Assembly: GCA_022511045.1 (NCBI GenBank)
Contig: JAFLSF010000001.1
Coordinates: forward strand, 16,913 to 80,912
Reading direction: 5' to 3'
Origin: Prevotella sp.
GTDB lineage: Bacteria; Bacteroidota; Bacteroidia; Bacteroidales; Bacteroidaceae
DNA length: 64,000 nt
In this document: positions 29,278-39,835 of the stretch, piece after piece
Layout: every line of letters begins with the position of its first letter
How positions within the stretch are numbered: the first letter of the stretch is position 1
Program-made: the position numbers and the translations under genes
The notes under the pieces: generated by a model
Seen by the model: only the letters and a program-made list of their open reading frames with translations
Database searches by the model: none
Told to the model about the DNA's origin: nothing

Positions 29278-30587
29278 AGAGCAGCAATCTTTACAAGGTT
29301 ATCAATCTCATCTTTCGTTCGCTTCTCCGTAACGGCAAAGAGAAAGCCATCCTCGAAGCGCACACCACCCATGATACCGGCATCAATGAATCGTTGATAG
29401 AGTGTATCGGCGTCACCATCATAGCGGACAAAAAATTCGTTGAAGAAAGGTTTGTCGTTAGCAAGCGTAAAGTGACCAGTCTCCAGTAATTTGTCACACA
29501 GGTAGTGGGCTCCTGCATACGATAATTCCGCAGCTTCTTTCAATCCCTGCTTACCCATTAGTGACATATAGATGGTGACAAAGAGCGCCGTCAACGACTG
29601 GTTAGAACAAATGTTTGACGTAGCTTTCTGGCGACGTATATGCTGTTCACGGGCTTGCAGCGTCAGTACAAAGGCACGCTGCCCACGATTGTCCTTTGTC
29701 ATGCCGACAATACGGCCTGGCATTTTGCGAATCAGTTTTTCCGTACAACACATATAGCCTACATAGGGACCTCCGAACGACATTGGGATGCCTAAACTTT
29801 GACCATCGCCAACGGCAATATCTGCACCCCATTCACCTGGTGTCTTCAAGACCGCGAGGTCGGCAGCTACACTATCTATAATGAATAACGCTTTTTGCTC
29901 GTGACAAGCATCGGCAAACCCAGTGAAGTCTTCGATGATACCTGTTACATTAGGTTGCTGAACCAGCACACCAGCAACGTTGCCTTTATCCAATTCTGTT
30001 TTGACATCATTGAGGCAGGTTATACCATCTCTCACGGGTAGCATTTCCAACTGGATATTTTGATGACGGGCATAGGTCTGCAACACCTTCAAGGTCTTAG
30101 GATTTATGGCTCCAGACACTAAAACACGGTTTGCCTTTTTGCTTGCTGCCACAGCCATCATCATGGCTTCAGCGGCGGCCGTAGCACCATCGTACATTGA
30201 AGCATTGGAAACATCCATGTTTGTTAGTTCTGCCATCATCGACTGATATTCGAAGATATAGTTCAATGTGCCTTGTGAAATCTCAGCTTGATAAGGGGTA
30301 TAACTGGTCAGGAACTCTGAACGCTGCAATAATTGGGGAATAACGGCAGGCGTATAGTGGTCGTATACGCCACAGCCAGCGAAACATGTCAGCTGCTTGT
30401 TCTGGGAACCTAACAATTGGAAAGCCCGGCGAATCTCTACCTCACTTACTGCCTCTGGCAGATGATATTCCTGACGGAATCGAATAGATTCTGGAATATC
30501 AGCATACAGGTCTTCAAGCGATTGTACTCCAATCCGCTCCAACATGTTTTGCAGGTCATCCTCTGTGTGGGGGAAATACTTGTACAT
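29274..30587 (-). CDS. gcvPA: Glycine dehydrogenase subunit 1
   Basis: FLTSYTPYQAEISQG, NASMYDG and LQAREQHIRRQKATSNICSN; start at MYKYFPHT. Confidence 0.93.
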   Translation of the reverse strand: MYKYFPHTEDDLQNMLERIGVQSLEDLYADIPESIRFRQEYHLPEAVSEVEIRRAFQLLGSQNKQLTCFAGCGVYDHYTPAVIPQLLQRSEFLTSYTPYQAEISQGTLNYIFEYQSMMAELTNMDVSNASMYDGATAAAEAMMMAVAASKKANRVLVSGAINPKTLKVLQTYARHQNIQLEMLPVRDGITCLNDVKTELDKGNVAGVLVQQPNVTGIIEDFTGFADACHEQKALFIIDSVAADLAVLKTPGEWGADIAVGDGQSLGIPMSFGGPYVGYMCCTEKLIRKMPGRIVGMTKDNRGQRAFVLTLQAREQHIRRQKATSNICSNQSLTALFVTIYMSLMGKQGLKEAAELSYAGAHYLCDKLLETGHFTLANDKPFFNEFFVRYDGDADTLYQRFIDAGIMGGVRFEDGFLFAVTEKRTKDEIDNLVKIAAL

Positions 30588-30603
30588 TGACAATAATTTA
30601 CAT

Positions 30604-30987
30604 TTACTGTTTCTCACAAAATGCCGTATATGCATTTGCATCCATCAGTTGCTCAAGTTCCGACTTGTCAGAAAGTTCTACTTTAATAATCCAGTTCTCG
30701 TAGGCATCTTGATTGATGAGCTCTGGTTGGTCCTCCAATGCCTCGTTTACCTCAACGATTACTCCCGTAACAGGAGCCATCAAGTCGCTGGCAGCCTTTA
30801 CACTCTCTACAGCACCAAACTCCTCGCCAGCAGACACTTCATCGTCAACCTCGGGCATGTCGACGTACACTACATTGCCTAATGCGTGCTGTGCATAGTC
30901 AGAAATACCGATATAACCAAAGTTGCCTTCTACTCTTACATACTCATGCGACTCACTATAATAGAGTCCTTCTAATACTTTTGCCAT
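30604..30987 (-). CDS. gcvH: Glycine cleavage system H protein
   Basis: YSESHEYV, lipoyl motif VESVKAASD. Confidence 0.95.
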   Translation of the reverse strand: MAKVLEGLYYSESHEYVRVEGNFGYIGISDYAQHALGNVVYVDMPEVDDEVSAGEEFGAVESVKAASDLMAPVTGVIVEVNEALEDQPELINQDAYENWIIKVELSDKSELEQLMDANAYTAFCEKQ

Positions 30988-31030
30988 ACTATTTTTGTGA
31001 TTTAATGTTTATCTGTGTTTAAGTTGCCTG

Positions 31031-32119
31031 TTATTTCTTGTAGTGTTTGTCGTAAAAACGTTTCCGACAGACAACACCCGGGAAGGTTTTCTTACGAATC
31101 TGAACTTCTACCTCCGTACCCAATGCCGCATATTGAGCATCAATCAGAGCCATGCAAACGCTTTTGTCTGTAGAGATAGTATGATACCCAGTCGTCACGA
31201 GGCCTATACTCAAGCCGTTCTTGAATAGGGCATACCCGTGACGAGGAATGGCCTTGTCGCGCAGCTCAATGCCTACCAGTTTTTTAGTAGGTCCTTCTGC
31301 CTTTTGACGAGCCAAAGCCTCACGGCCAATAAATTCCCCTTTGTCAAACTTGACGAACATGCCAAGTCCAGCCATAATGGGGGTTATCTCGGCAGACAAC
31401 TCATCGCCATAAAGCGGCAGTCCTACTTCAAAGCGTAGCGTATCACGACAGCCCAGCCCACAAGGCTTGCATCGTCCGCTGGCTATCAGTTTGTCCCAGC
31501 AAGTGCGTATATAATCAGCATCAGCATATATCTCAAATCCGTCTTCGCCTGTGTAACCTGTACGGCTGACTATAACTTTATCTGTGTTCTCTAAGAAGGT
31601 ATAGAACTTTAGATTCTTACATGCCAAGCCTAAAACCTCCTCCATAACACTTTCAGCCTGAGGGCCTTGTATGGCTAATTCGCCATATTGCTCGCTTTGG
31701 TTATCAAGCGTAACATCATATCCCTTGCTCTGCTCTTGTATCCATGCCCAATCCTTATCAATGTTGGAAGCATTGATAACAAGGAAGAAGCAATCGTCAG
31801 CCATCTTGTAGACCAGCAAATCATCGACCACACCTCCGTCTTCATAACACATCATGCCATAAAGGATTTGGCCGCGCTCAATCTGTCTGACATCGTTTGT
31901 AAAAATATAGTTGACGTAGCGCTCTGCATCTGAGCCCGTTATCAATATCTCTCCCATGTGACTAACATCAAACACTCCGCACGCCTGACGCACAGCTTGA
32001 TGCTCATCAATAATTCCAGAATATTGGATTGGCATATCAAAACCTCCAAAAGGAGAGATTAAGGCTCCAAGAGCTACGTGCTTGTCGTAGAGACACGTTC
32101 GTTTATTAGCTTGTTCCAT
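31031..32119 (-). CDS. gcvT: Glycine cleavage aminomethyltransferase T
   Basis: GVFDVSHMGE, SRTGYTGEDGFE and GLGCRDTLRFE. Confidence 0.95.
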   Translation of the reverse strand: MEQANKRTCLYDKHVALGALISPFGGFDMPIQYSGIIDEHQAVRQACGVFDVSHMGEILITGSDAERYVNYIFTNDVRQIERGQILYGMMCYEDGGVVDDLLVYKMADDCFFLVINASNIDKDWAWIQEQSKGYDVTLDNQSEQYGELAIQGPQAESVMEEVLGLACKNLKFYTFLENTDKVIVSRTGYTGEDGFEIYADADYIRTCWDKLIASGRCKPCGLGCRDTLRFEVGLPLYGDELSAEITPIMAGLGMFVKFDKGEFIGREALARQKAEGPTKKLVGIELRDKAIPRHGYALFKNGLSIGLVTTGYHTISTDKSVCMALIDAQYAALGTEVEVQIRKKTFPGVVCRKRFYDKHYKK

Positions 32120-32127
32120 TTTATATA

Positions 32128-32838
32128 TTATAATAGGTGTATAAACTCTTCACGGAGATAGTTTGATTCAATGTTTTCTATTTCAGCGACGTCATTAGCT
32201 AACAACGTCATAGTATCATGACAAAGAGTGTTTTTAATTAACATCTTTACCTCTTCCAATCCTAATGACGTGTAGTTCTTCAATAAAGTAATGCGCTGGC
32301 GAACGCTCTGGATGCCTTTCGATTCCAACTTATCTTTGCTGGGAGTTATGGCATGTGACATGTGTTCCATGTTCGTGTCAAAAAGCATCGTGCTGTGAAC
32401 AATACTCTTACCAGGCAGATGGTAACAAGCCGTACCACAGACTTTATTCCCTTCTATAAGAATATCATTGTGGCTGGTAGTAGCAGCTTCGATGCCCATC
32501 TTGCGAAATACCAACAACATCATGCTGACGAATCGGTGGAAAGCAAGGTCTACCTGTTCTCCAGATGTAACATACGATAGCATAACATTTGACTCGTCAG
32601 CATACACACAACCACCGCCGCTTTTGCGACGATACAACTGGATATGATGTTGGCGACAATATTCGACATTCACTTCACTTTCCAACTGTTGGTTGCGACC
32701 GAAGATAACGCTGGGAGCTACTTGCCACATAAAAAAACAATCCTCAGCCTGTACACGACGAGCAACATACTCCTCCATAGCCAGATAAAACGAGAGTTTT
32801 CTGATGGTATACGGGGCAGGCAATTCTATGTACAACAT
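32128..32838 (-). CDS. lplA: Lipoate-protein ligase A, catalytic domain only
   Basis: VIFGRNQ, RRKSGGGCVY, NDILIEGNKVCG and KLESKGIQSVR motifs; 236 aa. Confidence 0.8.
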   Translation of the reverse strand: MLYIELPAPYTIRKLSFYLAMEEYVARRVQAEDCFFMWQVAPSVIFGRNQQLESEVNVEYCRQHHIQLYRRKSGGGCVYADESNVMLSYVTSGEQVDLAFHRFVSMMLLVFRKMGIEAATTSHNDILIEGNKVCGTACYHLPGKSIVHSTMLFDTNMEHMSHAITPSKDKLESKGIQSVRQRITLLKNYTSLGLEEVKMLIKNTLCHDTMTLLANDVAEIENIESNYLREEFIHLL

Positions 32839-32993
32839 CGTTCCGAGGAATGGTAGTAGATTATTTTGTGCAAAATTATAAAGATTTTACGTAATCAGCA
32901 AGTATTTTTGGTTTTATTTTGCAGTTTGGTCAAAAACAATTACCTTTGCACCCGCAAATAATACCTCATTGAAGTAGAATAGAAACATAAGAT

Positions 32994-34892
32994 ATGGGTC
33001 TATTAACCCAAATACAATATCCCTCTGACTTACGCAGACTGAGCGTTGACCAGCTGTCAGAAGTATGTAAAGAGTTGCGCGAATACATTGTCAAGGAGCT
33101 TTCCGTCAATCCAGGCCACTTGGCATCAAGTCTTGGAGTGGCTGAGATTACAGTCGCGTTGCACTATGTCTTTGACACTCCAGAAGACCGCATCGTATGG
33201 GACGTAGGCCATCAGGCGTATGGTCACAAGATTCTGACTGGTCGACGGGAGCAGTTCAGTACCAATCGCAAGTTAGGCGGTATTCGTCCTTTCCCTTCTC
33301 CCGAAGAAAGTGAATATGATAGTTTTGTATGCGGTCATTCTTCTAATAGCATCTCTGCTGCTTTAGGTATGGCCGTAGCAGCCAAGACAGAGAATAAAAA
33401 CCGCCATGTGGTAGCAGTCATTGGCGATGGGGCGATGTCTGGCGGATTGGCTTTTGAGGGATTGAACAATGTGTCGTCCACGCCCAACGATATGTTGATT
33501 ATCCTCAATGACAACAATATGTCTATCGACCGTGCCGTAGGTGGCATGCAGGAATACCTGCTGTCGTTGAGTACCAACGAGACTTATAACGCTTTGCGAT
33601 TTAAGGTGTCGCGTTGGTTACATCGCAGAGGTTTGATGAGCGATAATAGGCGCAAAGGACTCATCCGATTGTCGAATGCTATCAAGTCGGCTATTTCACA
33701 TCAGCAGAATGTGTTTGAAGGGATGAACATCCGCTACTTTGGGCCTTTTAATGGGCATGATGTCAAGGAATTGGTGCGTATTATGCGCCAATTGAAAGAT
33801 ATGAAAGGCCCTAAATTGTTACATCTTCACACCCAAAAAGGTCATGGTTATGCTCCTGCCGAGAAAGATGTCACGATATGGCATGCTCCAGGGAAATTTG
33901 ATGCCGAAACGGGTGAACGCATCATCAAGGATTCTACAAACAAACCGCCGCGCTTTCAAGATGTTTTTGGCGAGACGCTCTTAGAGTTAGCACAAAAAAA
34001 TGATAAGATAGTGGGCGTAACGCCTGCAATGCCAACGGGATGCTCTATGAACATTATGATGAAAGAGATGCCAGAGCGTACCTTCGATGTAGGCATTGCC
34101 GAAGGACATGCCGTTACGTTCTCTGGTGGTATGGCGAAGGATGGTCTGCTACCTTTCTGCAACATCTATAGTGCCTTTGCTCAAAGGGCTTACGACAATA
34201 TTATTCACGATGTGGCATTACCACGTTTGAACGTTGTGCTGTGTCTGGATCGTGCTGGATTAGTAGGTGAGGATGGCCCAACACATCATGGAGCTTTTGA
34301 TATGGCCGCCTTGCGGGTCGTTCCCAATCTGACTATCGCATCACCAATGGACGAACACGAGTTACGCCGGCTGATGTATACTGCCCAGTTACCTGATAAG
34401 GGACCGTTTGTCATCCGTTATCCTCGAGGTCGAGGGTCTTTTGTCGACTGGCGGTGCCCATTTGAGGAGATTCCTATAGGTAAGGGTCGCAAGTTGCGAG
34501 ACGGCTCGGAAGTGGCCGTCATCACCATAGGTCCATTAGGTATTCAAGTTGCTGAGGCAATAGAAGAAGTGGAGTGTTCCATAAGTTGCGATAACACTAC
34601 AACCAGCAGGACAGCCCATTATGATTTGCGTTTCCTAAAGCCTTTGGACGAGGAAATGCTGCATGAAATAGGGCGTAAGTTTAAGAAGATTATTACTATC
34701 GAGAATGGTGCCCGCAACGGAGGTATGGGTTCTGCCATTATGGAATGGATGGAAGATAACGGCTATCATCCTGTTATTTGTCGTTTGGGACTGCCAGACC
34801 ATTTTGTTGAGCATGGTTCTGTAGCTCAACTCCAGGCTATTGTTGGTATTGACAAGGAGCACGTTAAACAAACAATACAAAAACTACTATGA
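32994..34892 (+). CDS. dxs: 1-deoxy-D-xylulose-5-phosphate synthase
   Basis: [19 protein letters not shown] and [23 protein letters not shown] box at 32941. Confidence 0.96.
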   Translation: MGLLTQIQYPSDLRRLSVDQLSEVCKELREYIVKELSVNPGHLASSLGVAEITVALHYVFDTPEDRIVWDVGHQAYGHKILTGRREQFSTNRKLGGIRPFPSPEESEYDSFVCGHSSNSISAALGMAVAAKTENKNRHVVAVIGDGAMSGGLAFEGLNNVSSTPNDMLIILNDNNMSIDRAVGGMQEYLLSLSTNETYNALRFKVSRWLHRRGLMSDNRRKGLIRLSNAIKSAISHQQNVFEGMNIRYFGPFNGHDVKELVRIMRQLKDMKGPKLLHLHTQKGHGYAPAEKDVTIWHAPGKFDAETGERIIKDSTNKPPRFQDVFGETLLELAQKNDKIVGVTPAMPTGCSMNIMMKEMPERTFDVGIAEGHAVTFSGGMAKDGLLPFCNIYSAFAQRAYDNIIHDVALPRLNVVLCLDRAGLVGEDGPTHHGAFDMAALRVVPNLTIASPMDEHELRRLMYTAQLPDKGPFVIRYPRGRGSFVDWRCPFEEIPIGKGRKLRDGSEVAVITIGPLGIQVAEAIEEVECSISCDNTTTSRTAHYDLRFLKPLDEEMLHEIGRKFKKIITIENGARNGGMGSAIMEWMEDNGYHPVICRLGLPDHFVEHGSVAQLQAIVGIDKEHVKQTIQKLL

Positions 34893-36247
34893 AGATTATT
34901 ATCGGTGGAGCAGGAGCAGTAGGGCGCCATCTGGCTCATTTGTTATCGAAGGAGCGTCATGACTGCGTGCTCATTGACGAGCATTTGGACCGTCTGGAAG
35001 GTTTGGAGAGCCGTTACGATATTATGACCCTGCAAGGAACGGCCACCAGCATCCGCACATTAAAGGAAGCAGGAACGGAACATGCCGACCTTTTCGTTGG
35101 TGTTATGACCAACGAGAGCCGTAACATGAATGCTTGCATGATAGCCCACACCCTTGGTGCAAAGAAGACTGTAGCCCGTATTGACAATATAGAATACATG
35201 GAGCCCTCGCTGAAACCTTTCTTCGAGAGCATGGGCATTAACTCGCTTATCTATCCCGAGGTTCTTGCTGCTGTTGATATTATCAGTAGCTTGAAAATGT
35301 CGTGGGCACGTCAGCGACTGGATATTCACGATGGCGCTTTGGTTCTATTGGGCGTTAAATTACGTGATACTTGCGAAATATTAAATCGTCCATTGCGTGA
35401 ACTCTGCGGCCCTGATGACCCTTATCACATTGTAGCCATTAAACGAGGTGACGACACGTTGATACCTGGAGGTAATGACGAACTGCGTATCAATGATATT
35501 GCCTATTTCATGACTACACGCGAGTACATTCCAGACATCCGCAAAATTAGTGGTAAGGAGCAGTATGCTGACGTTAAAAACGTCATCATCATGGGTGGCG
35601 GCAAGACGAGTGTTCGGGTGGCCAAGACGGCTCCCGCCTATATGAACCTAAAGATTATCGAGGCAGACGAGCAGCGATGCGAGCGGTTGAACGAATTGTT
35701 GAGCGATGTAGACACAATGGTCATACATGGTGATGGGCGTGATTTAGGCTTGTTACAAGAAGAAGGCATTGAAAATACGCAGGCTTTCGTAGCATTGACG
35801 GGCAATGCTGAGACAAATATTCTGGCATGTCTGACAGCAAAGCGATTAGGAGTCAGAAAGACGGTGGCGATGGTCGAGAACCTCGATTACGTAGGAATGG
35901 CCGAGAGTCTTGATATTGGTACTATTATCAATAAGAAGACTTTGGCTGCCAGCCATATCTATCAGATGATGCTCAATGCAAACGTGAGCAGTGTCCGCTC
36001 CTTGATGATGGTTGATTCTGACGTAGCAGAATTCGTGGCAGTTCCGGGCTCACGAGTTACCAAGAAAGCGGTCAAAGATCTTGGTTTGCCTTTTGGCAGT
36101 ACCATTGGCGGACTTGTCAGAGGAGGACAAGGTATCCTTGTCAATGGTAATACACAAATCGAAGCAGGCGACAGTGTAATGGTGTTCTGTCATGAACAAA
36201 ATCTGAAGAAACTGGAGAAATACTTCCAAGCAAATACCATCTGGTAG
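34889..36247 (+). CDS. trkA: Trk potassium uptake NAD-binding subunit
   Basis: Two RCK domains (GAGAVG, GGGKTS), adjacent to trkH. Confidence 0.92.
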   Translation: MKIIIGGAGAVGRHLAHLLSKERHDCVLIDEHLDRLEGLESRYDIMTLQGTATSIRTLKEAGTEHADLFVGVMTNESRNMNACMIAHTLGAKKTVARIDNIEYMEPSLKPFFESMGINSLIYPEVLAAVDIISSLKMSWARQRLDIHDGALVLLGVKLRDTCEILNRPLRELCGPDDPYHIVAIKRGDDTLIPGGNDELRINDIAYFMTTREYIPDIRKISGKEQYADVKNVIIMGGGKTSVRVAKTAPAYMNLKIIEADEQRCERLNELLSDVDTMVIHGDGRDLGLLQEEGIENTQAFVALTGNAETNILACLTAKRLGVRKTVAMVENLDYVGMAESLDIGTIINKKTLAASHIYQMMLNANVSSVRSLMMVDSDVAEFVAVPGSRVTKKAVKDLGLPFGSTIGGLVRGGQGILVNGNTQIEAGDSVMVFCHEQNLKKLEKYFQANTIW

Positions 36248-36302
36248 TTCAGTAGTTTCTTGCATGATGCGTTAAACTTTCAAGTTAGGAATTTATACTT
36301 TG

Positions 36303-37763
36303 ATGATTAACTACAAGCTGATATACAAAATACTTGGGTCTTTGCAGTTCCTTCTGGGTACGTTGCTGTTAGGATGCACGGCCATTGCCTTTTTCTATGA
36401 AGAAGACGACTTTCTGGCGTTCCTTATATCGGCTATTTTTACTTTCTCGGGCGGCTTTGTACTGAAGTACATGGGGCATGATGCCAATAACAACTTGAAC
36501 CGTCGCGACTCCTATCTGCTGGTCACCGTTACTTGGATTATTTTTAGCATCTTTGGTATGTTGCCGTTTATCATTAGCGGATACATCACCAACTTCACCG
36601 ACGCTTTTTTCGAGACAATGTCGGGCTTCACCACAACGGGGGCCTCTATTCTTGACGACGTAGAGTATTTGCCCCACGCCACTTTATTTTGGCGTACACA
36701 GACCCAGTGGATAGGCGGCTTGGGAATTGTGTTTTTTACTATTGCTATTATACCCTCGTTGGTAGGTAGCGGTTCTGTGAAAGTGTTCGCTGCTGAGGCT
36801 ACGGGGCCTCTGCGCTCGAAAATGCACCCGCGACTGTCTACTATGGCGAAATGGATTTGGACTATCTATATATCGCTGACTATGGGTTGTGTCTTCTCCT
36901 ACTATTTGGCAGGTATGGGGTGGTTCGATAGCATCAACTATGCTATGACGACTACGGCAACGGGAGGTTTTTCTACGCATAACGACTCTACGGCATTCTT
37001 TCACTCGCCAACTATTGAGTACATCAGCATACTATTCCAGTTTCTGGCTGGAATCAATTTTATGATGTTCTATATTGGCATTTTTCGCCTAAAGCCCGGC
37101 ACATTATTCAAGAGCTCAGAGTTTAAGACCTACATTGCTATTATCCTGTTGAGCACTTTATGGATAGGTTACTTATTGATAACGTGCAATGGCTATGGCT
37201 TAGAACGGGCATTCCGTTCGGCACTATTTCAGGTAGTATCTTTCATTACCACCACTGGTTTGTTTAACGACGATGCGGCCCAGTGGCCCCATATTACATG
37301 GGTCATTCTTGCCTGCCTAATGTTTATCGGAGCATGTTCTGGCAGTACAACAGGTGGATTTAAGTGTATCCGCCTGGTCATGATTGTCAGGGTATTGCGA
37401 AACGAATTTCACAAGCTATTACACCCCAATGCGGTCTTTCCTGTTAAAGTTGATGGAGTTTTAGTACCTCGCAGCCAACTTTCCACCTTATTGGCATTCT
37501 TTGCAATCTTTACCGTAATGGTGCTATTGACAGCCACGCTAATGATTGCCGCTAATATTGACAATACCAACGCAATCACCATTGCACTGAGTTGCATTAG
37601 CAACGTAGGTCTGACGTTGGGCACACAGATAGGCCCAGAAATGTCTTGGAGCGAGTTGCCCACCTATATCAAGTGGCTTTGTTCCTTCCTCATGCTGGTT
37701 GGTCGTTTGGAGATTATGTCTGTCTTGATACTTTTCACCCGAGGTTTCTGGAAAGACAACTAA
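36303..37763 (+). CDS. trkH: Trk potassium uptake permease
   Basis: FFETMSGFTTTGAS, QWIGGLG, TATGGFS and GACSGSTTGGFK. Confidence 0.92.
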   Translation: MINYKLIYKILGSLQFLLGTLLLGCTAIAFFYEEDDFLAFLISAIFTFSGGFVLKYMGHDANNNLNRRDSYLLVTVTWIIFSIFGMLPFIISGYITNFTDAFFETMSGFTTTGASILDDVEYLPHATLFWRTQTQWIGGLGIVFFTIAIIPSLVGSGSVKVFAAEATGPLRSKMHPRLSTMAKWIWTIYISLTMGCVFSYYLAGMGWFDSINYAMTTTATGGFSTHNDSTAFFHSPTIEYISILFQFLAGINFMMFYIGIFRLKPGTLFKSSEFKTYIAIILLSTLWIGYLLITCNGYGLERAFRSALFQVVSFITTTGLFNDDAAQWPHITWVILACLMFIGACSGSTTGGFKCIRLVMIVRVLRNEFHKLLHPNAVFPVKVDGVLVPRSQLSTLLAFFAIFTVMVLLTATLMIAANIDNTNAITIALSCISNVGLTLGTQIGPEMSWSELPTYIKWLCSFLMLVGRLEIMSVLILFTRGFWKDN

Positions 37764-37929
37764 ATCTGCTTGATAATCCCCCTTTTGCGGATATGCACAA
37801 AACAAGTGATATGTGCACGTTCCAGCCACTTTTGTGCACTTTTTAGGCGTTTTCTTTTGCCAAACGCTAAAAAAGCACTACCTTTGCACGCGAATTTCGA
37901 AATATCAATATCACACATTATTAAATAAT

Positions 37930-38802
37930 ATGGCATTAAAGATTGTTGTGCTGGCCAAGCAAGTGCCAGACACCCGAAATGTGGGAAAGGATGCGATGAC
38001 TGCCGAAGGTACGGTGAATCGCGCAGCTTTGCCCGCTATCTTCAATCCCGAAGATTTGAATGCGCTGGAGCAGGCCCTTCGACTGAAGGAGCAGAATCCA
38101 GGCTCTACAGTAGGAATCCTCACGATGGGTCCTCCGCGTGCAGGAGAGATTATTCGTCAAGGACTTTATCGTGGCGCCGATACGGGCTGGTTGCTGACAG
38201 ACCGTCTGTTTGCAGGTGCTGATACATTGGCTACTTCTTATGCTTTGGCTACAGCTATTCAGAAGATAGGTGACGTAGACATCGTTATTGGTGGTCGTCA
38301 GGCTATCGATGGTGATACCGCCCAAGTAGGTCCGCAGGTAGCCCAGAAGTTAGGCTTGAATCAGGTGACGTATGCTGAGGAGGTGCTCAGCGTGAAAGAC
38401 GGCAAGGCTACCATCAAGCGAGTCATCGATGGTGGCGTAGAAACTGTTGAGGCTCCACTGCCCGTTGTCATCACGGTCAATGGAAGCGCCGCTCCCTGCC
38501 GTCCTCAAAATGCCAAGCTGGTTATGAAGTACAAGCGTGCCACCTGTCCTATGGAACGTCCCGCCGAGGGAACTGCTTACGACTATTTGTATGACGAACG
38601 TCCTGAGCTGACGTTGCACCAGTGGAGCGTGGCCGATGTAGACGGCGATGCCAATCAGTGTGGCTTGGCTGGTTCGCCCACGAAGGTGAAGGCCGTAAAG
38701 AATATCGTGTTCCAGGCTAAGGAGTCGAAAACTTTGACGGCTTCCGACGCAGACATTGAGGGTATGATCAAAGAATTGTTGGAAGAGAAGATTATTGGAT
38801 AA
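37930..38802 (+). CDS. etfB: Electron transfer flavoprotein beta subunit
   Basis: KQVPDT, FAGADTLAT and GRQAIDGDTAQVGP; TACCTTTG box at 37879. Confidence 0.92.
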   Translation: MALKIVVLAKQVPDTRNVGKDAMTAEGTVNRAALPAIFNPEDLNALEQALRLKEQNPGSTVGILTMGPPRAGEIIRQGLYRGADTGWLLTDRLFAGADTLATSYALATAIQKIGDVDIVIGGRQAIDGDTAQVGPQVAQKLGLNQVTYAEEVLSVKDGKATIKRVIDGGVETVEAPLPVVITVNGSAAPCRPQNAKLVMKYKRATCPMERPAEGTAYDYLYDERPELTLHQWSVADVDGDANQCGLAGSPTKVKAVKNIVFQAKESKTLTASDADIEGMIKELLEEKIIG

Positions 38803-38809
38803 TAGAGAT

Positions 38810-39832
38810 ATGAATAACGTATTTGTTTATGTTGAGATAGAAGGTACACAGGTACAGGAAGTATCTCAAGAGCTGCTGACCAAAGGTCGCAAGCTCGCCA
38901 ATGAACTGGGTGTCGAGTTGCATGCCGTAGTGGCAGGCACGGACATCAAGGGTAAGGTGGAAGACCAGATTCTGCCCTATGGCGTTGACAAGCTGTTTGC
39001 TTTCGATGCCCCCGATTTGTTCCCTTACACTTCGGCTCCCCATACGGACATCCTTGTCAATCTCTTCAAGGAGGAGCAGCCCCAGATTTGCCTGATGGGT
39101 GCTACGGTAATTGGCCGCGACCTCGGTCCCCGCGTCAGTTCGTCGCTGACTTCTGGCTTGACGGCCGACTGTACTGAGTTGGAGATAGGCTCTTACGAAG
39201 ACAAGAAGGCAGGCAAGGTGTATGAGAACCTGCTTTATCAGATTCGCCCTGCTTTCGGCGGTAACATCGTCGCAACGATTGTTAATCCGGAGCACCGCCC
39301 CCAGATGGCCACCGTCCGTTCTGGCGTGATGCAGAAAGCACTCTACGAGGGGCAGGCTAAGGGAGAGGTTGTTTATCCCGAGGTTTCCAAGTATGTCAGC
39401 CCCGAGGCATTTGTTGTCAAGGTGCTCGACCACCATGTAGAGGCTGCCAAACATAACCTCAAGGGTGCGCCCATCGTCGTTTCTGGTGGCTATGGCGTAG
39501 GCTCGAAGGAAAACTTCGATATGTTGTTCGAGTTGGCCAAGGTGCTTCATGGCGAGGTCGGCGGAAGCCGTGCTGCCGTTGATGCAGGCTGGTTGGACCA
39601 CGACCGCCAGATTGGACAAACGGGTGTCACCGTTCATCCGAAGGTGTATATTGCCTGCGGTATCTCTGGACAGATTCAGCACATTGCTGGTATGCAGGAC
39701 TCTGGCATCATCATTAGCGTCAATTCCGACCCCGATGCCCCCATCAACCGCATTGCCGACTACGTGATTGTGGGCACCGTAGAGGAAGTGGTCCCCAAGC
39801 TCATTAAGTATTACAAGCAAAATTCGAAATAA
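38810..39832 (+). CDS. etfA: Electron transfer flavoprotein alpha subunit
   Basis: GLTADCT, IRPAFGG, QIGQTG and GISGQIQH. Confidence 0.92.
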   Translation: MNNVFVYVEIEGTQVQEVSQELLTKGRKLANELGVELHAVVAGTDIKGKVEDQILPYGVDKLFAFDAPDLFPYTSAPHTDILVNLFKEEQPQICLMGATVIGRDLGPRVSSSLTSGLTADCTELEIGSYEDKKAGKVYENLLYQIRPAFGGNIVATIVNPEHRPQMATVRSGVMQKALYEGQAKGEVVYPEVSKYVSPEAFVVKVLDHHVEAAKHNLKGAPIVVSGGYGVGSKENFDMLFELAKVLHGEVGGSRAAVDAGWLDHDRQIGQTGVTVHPKVYIACGISGQIQHIAGMQDSGIIISVNSDPDAPINRIADYVIVGTVEEVVPKLIKYYKQNSK

Positions 39833-39835
39833 ACA

